A stretch of 16,899 bases of DNA from Mycoplasma todarodis (GCF_965212735.1 NZ_CBDBYJ010000003.1:102099-118997); one strand, 5' to 3'; shown: positions 8,018-15,651, counted from the first letter of the stretch. Notes: generated by a model from the letters alone, not told the origin. Program-made: numbers and translations.

Positions 8018-10153
8018 TTATGACATCATTGTTTTTCTATCTTTGATCTTAAATTGTTTTAATGAGTAATCTATTTCATAGTAGTTTTTAGCTTTTATTT
8101 CTCCAGAAATAATTGCTTTTGCTAATATAGATTCGATATTTCTTTTAATATATCTCTTGATTGGTCTTGCTCCAAATGCTGGATCGTATGAATTATCGGC
8201 AATTGCGGCTATAGCTTTTTCGGAGAAAGTTAGGCTGATTTTTTGCTCGTTAACCCTTTTTATTAATTTTTTAAGTTCTAATTCTACGATTTTAGCAATA
8301 ACTTTCTTGTCTAATGAGTTGAAAGGAGTAATCTCATCGATCCTATTAATAAACTCAGGACGTAGATATTTCATCAATATCTCTTTAGGTTTGATACGTT
8401 TCTTATCTAACATCTCTTGTGCACCTAAGTTTGTTGTCATTATTACTATTGTGTTCTTGAAGTTTACAAGTTTACCTTTTGAATCAGTAACTTGTCCATC
8501 ATCTAGTATTTGTAACAAGATGTTTAATACATCTGGGTGTGCTTTTTCGATTTCATCGAATAAAACAATTGAATAAGGTTTTCTTCTAACTGCTTCTGTT
8601 AGTTGACCACCATCACCATATCCCACATATCCTGGAGGAGAACCAATTAATCTGGCTACAGTGTGTTTCTCCATATATTCAGACATGTCTAATCTAATCA
8701 TGGCTTTTTCAGTGTCAAACAGGTTTCTTGCCAATGCTCTCGCAACTTCTGTTTTACCAACACCTGTTGGACCCATGAATATAAATGAACCAATTGGTCT
8801 GTTAGGATCATTAATATTTGCTTTTGATCTTAGGATAGCGTCAGTTACAAGTTCAAGTGCTTCATCTTGACCTTTTACTGACTCTTCTAATGATTCTTTT
8901 AATTTTAATAGTTTTTCTTTTTGTGACTCTAGTAAGTTGTTAAGTGGAATACCAGTTCATTTTGACACGATACCGGCTATCTCATCAGAAGTTACAACTT
9001 CTTTAACTAAAGTATTATTATTCTCTTGTATGTTGATTTGAGCTTGTTTAAGCTTCTCTTCAATTTCAGGAATTCTAGAATACATAATTTCGGAGGCATT
9101 CTCAAATTTTCCTTCAACTTGGAATCTATTCAATTCTGCTTTCGCATTTGCTAAATCCTCTTTAAGATTTTGTACACTAAGCACCACATCTTTCTCTTGT
9201 TTTCACTTATTAGTTAATTCTTCTTGGTTAGTATTAGCTTTTGAAAGTTCTTCTTCAATCTTAACTAATCTTTCCTTAACTGAATCTGTGTCTTCTTTTG
9301 AAAGTGCTGCTTTCTCCATCTCTAATCTAGCAATAAGTTGTTTTACTTTTTCTAACTCTTCAGGCATTGAATTCATTTCTGTTTGAATTGCTGCTGCCGC
9401 TTCATCAATAAGGTCAATCGCTTTATCTGGTAAAAATCTGTCTGATATATATCTTGATGAAAGTTTTACAGCTGATATCAATGCATCATCTTTAATTGTT
9501 ACTCCATGGAAAGTTTCTAATCTTTCCTTTAGTCCTCTTAATATTGAGATTGAATCCTCTACAGTTGGTTCTGCAACAGGAATCTTTTGCATTCTACGTT
9601 CTAGAGCAGGGTCTGACTCAATGTATTTACGGTGTTCATCAAGTGTTGTTGCTCCAATTAAGTGCATTTCTCCTCTTGCAAGCATAGGTTTAATGATTTG
9701 AGCGGCATCCATACCACCTTCAGCATTTTTACCCATACCTATTAGAGTATGTATCTCATCGATAAAGATTATGATCTTACCATCAGATTCTTTAACTTTC
9801 TTCATAAGAGATTTCATTCTTTGTTCGAATTGTCCTTGATAACTTGCACCAGCTATCATAGATGGTAAATCTATTTCATACAACTCTTTATCTTTAAGGT
9901 TTTCAGGCACTTCGCCATTAGCAATCTTTTGTGCTAATCCTTCTACTATCGCTGTTTTACCAACACCAGGTTCTCCTACAAGAACCGGGTTGTTCTTAGT
10001 CTTACGTGTGAGGATACGTATGATACGTCTAATCTCTTCATCACGCCCTATTACAGGGTCTAATTTATTCCTTACAGCTTCATCGATTAGGTTACGCCCA
10101 TATTCTTTTAATGGGTCCTTTTCTGATTGGTTTGGTGTGAAATTAAAATCCAT
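8018..10153 (-). CDS. clpB: ATP-dependent chaperone ClpB, 711 aa, lacking the long N-domain
   Basis: Track ORFs 9203..10153, 8957..9187 and 8018..8776 are one frame joined through TGA=Trp at 9203-9205 and 8957-8959 (the second gives the canonical IVSKWTGIP). Two Walker A sites are present ([18 protein letters not shown]), with a coiled-coil middle domain. RBS AAAAGGAGGATAAT precedes ATG 10153. Confidence 0.95.
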
Positions 10154-10199
10154 ATTATCCTCCTTTTATACAGAACATTATCATTTGTGTTCCTAAACA

Positions 10200-10208
10200 A
10201 TTATAACA
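10200..10208 (-). promoter_or_regulatory. extended -10 (TGTTATAAT) of the clpB promoter
   Basis: The minus strand reads GTATGTTATAATTGTTT, about 47 nt upstream of the ATG and 5 nt downstream of CIRCE. Confidence 0.6.
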
Positions 10209-10213
10209 TACTT

Positions 10214-10240
10214 TTAGCACTCTACACTTGCGAGTGCTAA
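10214..10240. promoter_or_regulatory. CIRCE operator (HrcA binding site)
   Basis: Perfect consensus TTAGCACTC-N9-GAGTGCTAA (N9 = TACACTTGC), positioned over the -35 region of the clpB promoter. Confidence 0.9.
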
Positions 10241-10277
10241 TTATTATTTATCGTCGTTATTTAGTCGTATAAGCATT

Positions 10278-10303
10278 AAAAAACCACCTTTTCAGGTAGT
10301 TTT
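10278..10303 (-). terminator. intrinsic terminator after the SHOCT membrane protein gene
   Basis: The minus strand reads AAAACTACCT-GAAA-AGGTGGTTTTTT (one mismatch), 14 nt beyond the stop at 10317. Confidence 0.6.
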
Positions 10304-10316
10304 AAAAGTTAGAATT

Positions 10317-11030
10317 TTATTTCTTAACTTCTTCTTTTGTTGTTTCTTCCTTTACTTCTTCAACTTTTTTAGTTTCTTTTGGTTCTTTTGATGGCTCTTC
10401 AATTGGTTCTTCTAATACAACCTCTTGTCCATTAGAATCCATAAGTTTAATTTCTTTTGTTTCTGTTTTAAGAATTCTTGTTACTCTCTCTTTAAGTTCT
10501 TGGTATTCCGCTTTCTTTAGGAATCCATTTTCATTTAAGTATTCAACTTGTTTCATTGCTTCTGATTTTGATGGTTTGGTTGCTGTGACTGTTTTGAATG
10601 CAAGTAGCACCATACCGAAGTTAATTAGACAACCGAAGTTAATTAATCATGGTCATATTGATCACACGTGTGTGATATCTAATATAGCCATCACAAACAT
10701 CACGACAGAAATAATTAATGTTGTAACAAATGAAATAGTAACAATCTTTTTGGCTGATTTGTTTAGTTTCAATGAGAAGAATACGATTGCCATTACAAGT
10801 ATCAATACTGATATAGCTATTAGTATTCCTCCTGTTGCTGCAGAACCTTTATCTCCTATGTTAATAAGGTTGTCTGCATCTACATTTATCCCTTTTGTAT
10901 TTACGCCCCCTCTTGCGCTGTATCCCTTACCGGCAACAAATACAAAGATTGCTCCGAGGAATATTGTAACCATAGCTAAAATTCATAAAATGAAGTTAGT
11001 TATTATTAGTAATTTTGTTTTTTTATTCAT
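10317..11030 (-). CDS. multi-pass membrane protein with C-terminal SHOCT-like domain and a K/E-rich tail, 237 aa
   Basis: Track ORFs 10662..10973 and 10317..10613 share a frame, joined through three TGA codons (10662, 10653, 10647: ...THVWSIWPWLINFG...). The frame extends upstream through TGA 10983-10985 to ATG 11030 (MNKKTKLLIITNFILWILAM...). The SHOCT-like segment is EAMKQVEYLNENGFLKKAEYQELKERV. Confidence 0.8.
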
Positions 11031-11054
11031 ACTCTAATTATACATTATTAGTCA

Positions 11055-11060
11055 TATAAT
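11055..11060 (+). promoter_or_regulatory. -10 box TATAAT, 6 nt before the cutC ATG (probably a leaderless mRNA)
   Basis: CATATAATACTATTATG, with no SD between the box and the ATG. Confidence 0.45.
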
Positions 11061-11066
11061 ACTATT

Positions 11067-11729
11067 ATGAGACCATTAACATTAGAGGTAATAGCACAAA
11101 GCGTAGAAGACGTAAAAGCTATAAATAAATCAAAAGCAAATCGTATTGAATTATGTTCAAACTTAGAGGTGGGTGGCTACACTCCAAATATAGAATTAAT
11201 AAAAGAAGCTACTGAAATTTCTAAGATACCAGTTATGGTTATAGTTCGTAATCATTCTGATAATTTCGAAATAAATGATGAACAGCTTAATCAGATTATT
11301 AAACAAATAAAAGAGATAAATAAAACAAAAGCTCACGGTATTGTTTTTGGGGCAATCTTGAACAATAAAGTAAACAAGAAAGCCCTTGAAACAATAATAA
11401 ACACTGTTGAAAACAAGGAAATTACATTTCACAAGGCATTTGATTATGTAGATGATAAAGAGTCTGAATCTTCTTATTTACACGAGCAAGGAGTTAATAG
11501 AATTTTAACTTCAGGTAGAAAAGGTAACCCTATTAATTTCTTAAAAGAATTAAAAGAAACAAACGAATCTGGAATAGAAGTTCTAATAGGTGGCGGAGTG
11601 ACAATTGATAATAAAGACACCTTAATTAAAAATGGTTTTAAAAACATCCACATAGGTCGAGCTGCAAGAAAAAACAATTCTTGAGACTGTGATATTGATA
11701 TCGAAAAAATAAACGAGTTTACAATTTAA
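11067..11729 (+). CDS. cutC: copper homeostasis protein CutC family, 220 aa
   Basis: Track ORF 11067..11684 (LEVIAQSVEDVKAI...NRIELCSNLEVGGYTP...FHKAFD...RILTSG) continues through TGA 11682-11684 as WDCDIDIEKINEFTI to TAA 11727-11729. Confidence 0.9.
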
Positions 11730-11797
11730 CTCATTATCTAATTCATTTCTTTGATAATATTCACAACCTTATTTCAATAGTAAAAAAATAAAAAAAG

Positions 11798-11824
11798 AAA
11801 TAACATCTCACCGATGTTATTTTT
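11798..11824. terminator. bidirectional intrinsic terminator (cutC / 100-aa ORF)
   Basis: AAATAACATC-TCACC-GATGTTATTT, flanked by an A-run (11783-11796 region) and TTTT. It overlaps the stop of the minus-strand ORF at 11817-11819. Confidence 0.7.
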
Positions 11825-12119
11825 GTACTTTTTTAACTACTTCAATTCATCCATCATAACGATCTTTTTGAATCTTCATGTTTCCATAAATATCTCCACC
11901 TAAAACAAATTGTTTTGTGATTGAATATCTAATTCCGTTTACTTCACCTTTAGTCACATCACCAATCGCATCGATTGATTTTTTAGATAATAGCATTCTG
12001 TTCTCAGGAACATGTGCTCCACCTTTTTCTTTTGGTCAAATATATGTGCCTGTTGGTTCACCTTCATTGCCGAAGCAATCAATGTTTTCAAACCTATCTC
12101 AACTTCATGTTTTCTTCAT
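11817..12119 (-). CDS. hypothetical protein, 100 aa, translationally coupled to the exonuclease gene
   Basis: Invisible in the track because it contains 4 in-frame TGA codons. RBS AAGGAGTAATT precedes ATG 12119 and lies inside the end of the upstream gene (its stop is at 12122-12124). Product: MKKTWSWDRFENIDCFGNEGEPTGTYIWPKEKGGAHVPENRMLLSKKSIDAIGDVTKGEVNGIRYSITKQFVLGGDIYGNMKIQKDRYDGWIEVVKKVQK. No family recognised. Confidence 0.65.
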
Positions 12120-12121
12120 AA

Positions 12122-12640
12122 TTACTCCTTAGTCTTCTTCATAAGTTCAAGTGTGTGTTTCGCATCACTCAATCCACGGTGATCTTCTTTTGTAGCTAAA
12201 TCTAGATCAATGATTAATGATTCTAATTTATAAGTTTTTCTATTAGGTCATTTTTGTTTGAATAACTTGATTGTGTCAAATCATTCTGTTTCAATATAAT
12301 CAATTGAATGCTTCATAAGATTTGTTCTAATGAAACCTTTATCAAATGGTGCATAGTGTGCATAGACATTTAGGTCACCAGCAAATTCTTTAAGTAATTT
12401 AAGCGCCATACTTAATGGAATACCACTTTCTTCAAGCATAGAATTAGTAATACCTGTTAAGTTTGTGATGAATGGTGGAACGTTACGTTCAATTTCAATT
12501 AAATATTCAAATGTATCAATGATTTCCATTGTTTGTCCATTTACTTTAATAGCAGCAATTTCTATAATGTCTTCTGTTTTTGGTGATAGTCCTGTTGTTT
12601 CAATATCTAGAACTAAAAAATCTTTTCCGTTGTTAATCAT
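12122..12640 (-). CDS. DEDDh 3'-5' exonuclease (DnaQ/epsilon-like), 172 aa
   Basis: Track ORF 12281..12688 continues through TGA 12281-12283 and 12248-12250 to TAA 12122-12124. Motifs: Exo I LVLDIETTG, Exo II YAHYAPFDKGFI, Exo III HRGLSDAKHT. The preferred start is ATG 12640 (MINNGKDF) behind AAAGGGGTCAAAT, rather than the track's upstream alternative start. Confidence 0.85.
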
Positions 12641-12701
12641 ATTTGACCCCTTTATTGTTAAGTTAATTATAAACAAAAAGCACCCCATAACCCCTAGATA
12701 T

Positions 12702-12726
12702 AAAAAAACACAGCTTTTGCCGTGTT
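12702..12726 (-). terminator. minus-strand intrinsic terminator just upstream of the exonuclease promoter
   Basis: The minus strand reads AACACGGC-AAAA-GCTGTGTTTTTTTTAT. One stem position is a G.U pair only in the minus-strand RNA. Confidence 0.55.
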
Positions 12727-12859
12727 AATACGTTTCACTTTCTCTCTAAATCATCTTAAGAAAATACAAAATAAACTAATAAGGAGTTATAAACGACCAT
12801 CAACGATTTTGAAGGCTTGATTTAAAAAATGTTATTTTCCTAAAATGAAAAAGTGCAAC

Positions 12860-12897
12860 GTGCCAATGCATTCAATCAAAATTGGCACATTTTTATT
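12860..12897. other. 8-bp hairpin GTGCCAAT-N13-ATTGGCAC, followed on the plus strand by ATTTTTATT
   Basis: Perfect inverted repeat 12860-12867 / 12881-12888. It could be a plus-strand terminator, or the 5' stem-loop of a minus-strand transcript starting at the adjacent -10 box. Confidence 0.4.
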
Positions 12898-12902
12898 ATA
12901 CA
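12895..12902 (-). promoter_or_regulatory. -10-like element (GTGTATAAT) heading the non-coding interval 12702..12890
   Basis: The minus strand reads TTGTATATACAAAAAAGTGTATAATAAAAATG, directly after the terminator of the 363-aa gene. Confidence 0.4.
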
Positions 12903-12946
12903 CTTTTTTGTATATACAAGTTATATTATATAAAGTAATTTGCATA

Positions 12947-12970
12947 GAAAAAAGCACTCTTAAAGTGCTT
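12947..12970 (-). terminator. intrinsic terminator of the 363-aa gene
   Basis: The minus strand reads AAGCACT-TTAAG-AGTGCTTTTTT. The stem overlaps the TAA at 12969-12971. Confidence 0.7.
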
Positions 12971-14060
12971 ATAAATCTCCAAGTAATTCATTCATGAAAT
13001 CTTCATCAAGTTCTTGAGTAACAATTTCTTTTTGTTCAGGTATTTTAGTTTCTCTATCATCTTCTTTAATAATAGGATCATTATATGTAACTTCTTCTAC
13101 CTCGATAATGTCTTCAACACTTTGTTGAACCAATGTATTTGAATTAAGCAATTCTTCCATGAAATCTTCATCAAGTGATTGATTATGTAGCTTTGTTTCT
13201 TCATTAAATAATGTTATTTTCTTTGGTTTAGCAACTCTTTTTGGTTGAATTCCTGCTTTTTCTTCAAGACCAACAGAATTCAATAGTTCATTAGCATACT
13301 TATCATCGTAGTTTCGATTGTGTAACTTTGTTTCTTTGTTTACTACCACTCTCTTTTTAGGTTGTGGTTTTGTTTTAACTGGTTCTGCACGTTTTGTTAC
13401 AAAGTCATCAGTCTTATCTAGTCCTCACGCTTTTAATAATTCTTGAGAATATTTTTCATCTAATTTTTCAGAATAAACTTCTTTATCTGGTTGTTTAGTA
13501 CGTTTAACTTTTTTATAAGTTTTTTCTGTTTTCTTCTGTTCTGGCATTCTATCTTTGATAAGTCCAAATTCTTTTTCAAAATCATTAAAGAATTCTTCAG
13601 AAGATTTACCCTTGAATAATGAATCCTTTAATATTTGTTCAACTTGTTCTAGTTTTGATTCTTCTTTATATTCTTTTTTCATGAATTCTACAAATCTTGA
13701 AGTTGAATTTATGAATGCAGTTAATAATAAATAGTTTTTGTCATCACTTGTATTTGTAAAAGCTAAAGTCATATCAACTTCTCCAAATGCAATATTAGCA
13801 ATAAAGATTTTTTCATTTTTATAAGTTACAAATGTTTTTGTTGTTCCATAAATAACTGATCTTATAAATTGAGCGTATTCAACTTTTTCTTTATTAAGTT
13901 CTAATCTTTCATTAAGTCTTGAATGAGCGTGATCTGTTAAAAATACACTTTTATCTCCGAATTTTTCTTTTGATTCAATTCTTAATGAACTCGATGGCAT
14001 TACTTGTTCTGTAAATTTATTTACGATGTGGCTTGTTAGTTTTAATTGGTTAAGAGTCAT
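12969..14060 (-). CDS. hypothetical protein, 363 aa: N-terminal HAxxRLxER domain plus a C-terminal repeat region with four acidic LDEDFMxELL-type motifs
   Basis: Track ORFs 13425..14060 and 12969..13349 share a frame and join through TGA 13425-13427 (...ELLKAWGLDKTDDFVTKRAEPVKTKPQPKKRVVVNKETK...). ATG 14060 has no SD but lies 7 nt after a TATAAT. Confidence 0.75.
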
Positions 14061-14067
14061 ATGTACT

Positions 14068-14073
14068 ATTATA
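14068..14073 (-). promoter_or_regulatory. -10 box (ATGTATAAT), 7 nt before ATG 14060; probably a leaderless mRNA
   Basis: The minus strand reads AAAAATGTATAATAGTACATATG. Confidence 0.45.
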
Positions 14074-14106
14074 CATTTTTACTAGCGCCCACTTGAAATG
14101 AGTAAT

Positions 14107-14130
14107 AAAAAACGAATCACGTATGACTCG
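14107..14130 (-). terminator. orphan minus-strand intrinsic terminator at the low-coordinate end of the gene desert
   Basis: The minus strand reads CGAGTCA-TACG-TGATTCGTTTTTT. One stem position is a G.U pair only in the minus-strand RNA. Confidence 0.55.
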
Positions 14131-14950
14131 CATTATTATTTAATATTAGTACAAGAAGAGTGCCACGTCCTCTGAATACTATTTATACGTTAAAGAAATG
14201 AATTGCACTTCTGCCAGAAAGTGCGTGTATTTGTTAATTTTATCTTTGTGAGGTTAAAATTCCTCACGTTTGCTTATATTGAGATAATATACTCAGCTTT
14301 TGATTCAACTTTATTTTTGTGGAAGACAAAAAGTTGAATTTCTTCAAATGGTGAGAAATGAAAAATCATCATAAGAACGATCATAATGCATTTTATGGAT
14401 GTTTTCAGTAACAAAGTATCATGCCATATATTTGCATTATCTTTTTATAAACCAGTGCCTTCCGATTGAATTATACCCTTAAAATTATTTTTATTTTTCG
14501 AGGCCATTTTTTTCAAAAAGCCCACAGAATTAACCTATTACGGGTTTTAACGCTTTCAAAAAAGCACATTTTTTTAAGGCCACCCTATATAAAATAACAT
14601 TTTTGTATAACTGTTCACTTATATAAGAATTTATGCAGAGAAAAAACTTATTTTTACTGAATTTAAACATAATGCCTCATTTGTCCTAAAATTCGCCATT
14701 TCATTTTTTAAAGGTATTAGTGCTTTTTCCTACTCTTTTTATAAAAAACAAGGCCCAATTTTGAAAACAACCTGTGTACTCAGGTGCTATTTTTTTATAA
14801 CTTAGGAAAAAAATAGGAAAAAACATACTTATTAGGTCAAAAAATGCATTTTTATTTTTGGGGGTACCTCCCACCCCATAATTTCATGGTTTTTCTTGTA
14901 AAAAGCACCATATAATTTAGTTGTCCTAGATTTACATGTAGGATGTTCGG

Positions 14951-15010
14951 ATGATTATTAAAAGATATGTGTTAGCTCTACTTAGGAATTGAGCTGATGG
15001 AAGTTCATAA
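14951..15010 (+). CDS. possible 19-aa ORF (MIIKRYVLALLRNWADGSS)
   Basis: AGGA lies 7 nt upstream of ATG 14951 and a TATAAT lies at 14911-14916. The ORF overlaps the next one. It may be chance or pseudogene debris. Confidence 0.2.
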
Positions 15011-15146
15011 AATATCTTTTAAAAATAAATATGGAAAAAACTCTTTTCGATCCATATTTGAAGTTGTCAAGTTTAATGATAAATGCAAGTCTATTGTTGA
15101 GCGTGGGGAACGTACCCCTCGATTATTTAAAGAAACGTTTAAATAA
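14997..15146 (+). CDS. possible 49-aa basic protein
   Basis: AGGAA lies 8 nt upstream of ATG 14997. Product: MEVHKISFKNKYGKNSFRSIFEVVKFNDKCKSIVERGERTPRLFKETFK. Its composition is more protein-like than other frames of the desert. No family recognised. Confidence 0.3.
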   Translation: MEVHKISFKNKYGKNSFRSIFEVVKFNDKCKSIVERGERTPRLFKETFK

Positions 15147-15451
15147 TTCGCCTAATAATTAATACAACTAATTAGTATTAATTAAATAAAACGATTATGA
15201 GCAACGCACTGAGAATATTATTAACACAGTAATTTATTAATCTAAATGTTTACACCTAACTAAGAACATACACCTGGATTATCAATATATTAAAATGCAC
15301 GATTTATTTTGCTAATTAGTTTCGCCATTGATTAGCATTCGCCAACTTAAAAAATGCAGTTGTTTTAGAATCAAATTACTTGTGACGAGTAACGCTAAAT
15401 ACTTTTATTTTAAAAAAACTTTTATATAACACGGTGAATTAATCACCACTT

Positions 15452-15487
15452 AAAAAGAACATAATGATTATTGTTCTTTTTTTTATA
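15452..15487. terminator. strong intrinsic terminator inside the gene desert (plus-strand T8; weaker in the minus direction)
   Basis: AAGAACA (15455-15461) pairs with TGTTCTT (15472-15478), with an inner ATAAT/ATTAT extension, followed by TTTTTTTT. Confidence 0.6.
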
Positions 15488-15625
15488 ACCTTTTTTAGCA
15501 TAGAACCTTATTTATTAATGCTTATTATTCTTTTTAAGGGGTAAAGTTATATTCAATGGGAAAATATATGTTTTGTTTGCACTCCCCTGTTAAAAGGCTT
15601 ATTTTAAACAAAGATAGGCCATATT

Positions 15626-15651
15626 AAAAAGAACTCAAGTGAGTTCCTTTT
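15626..15651. terminator. intrinsic terminator after the permease gene (bidirectional geometry)
   Basis: GAACTC-AAGT-GAGTTC, flanked by AAAAA and CTTTTATTTTT, 8 nt beyond the TAA at 15659-15661. Confidence 0.6.

Noticed and set aside
1970-10153. Apparent split genes or pseudogenes (topA in 2 pieces, clpB in 3, dprA in 2) in the supplied track
   Set aside because: All pieces are in the same frame and are separated only by TGA codons at Trp-appropriate positions. They are intact genes under translation table 4.
12681-12700. Two adjacent G-runs on the minus strand (GGGGTTATGGGGTG) as a possible G-quadruplex
   Set aside because: Only two G-tracts are present locally, and four are required.
12780-12800. 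Strong SD-like TAAGGAG on the plus strand in the exonuclease upstream region
   Set aside because: No ATG, GTG or TTG lies 4-12 nt downstream (ACG only) and the following frame stops after about 12 codons.
14194-14547. Longest table-4 open frame in the desert (about 119 codons, plus strand)
   Set aside because: It has no plausible start or SD, a very F/I/L-rich product, and spans several strong hairpins. Most likely it is open by chance.
14860-14885. T-box-like sequence on the minus strand (ATGGGGTGGGAGGTACCCCC versus the consensus AATTAGGGTGGTACCGCG)
   Set aside because: There is a 3-nt insertion relative to the T-box core and no convincing terminator/antiterminator pair (downstream is A-rich). 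No Stem I, specifier or AG-box features could be identified, and there is no aminoacyl-tRNA synthetase or amino-acid gene downstream. A decayed relic cannot be excluded.
15205-15300. Possible TPP riboswitch (CTGAGA at 15209-15214 and ACCTGG at 15271-15276); CTGAGA also occurs at 7400-7405
   Set aside because: The remaining thi-box core is missing (ACCC and the ACCTGATCTGGATAATGCCAGCG-like 3' half), the spacing is wrong, and there is no thiamine gene nearby.
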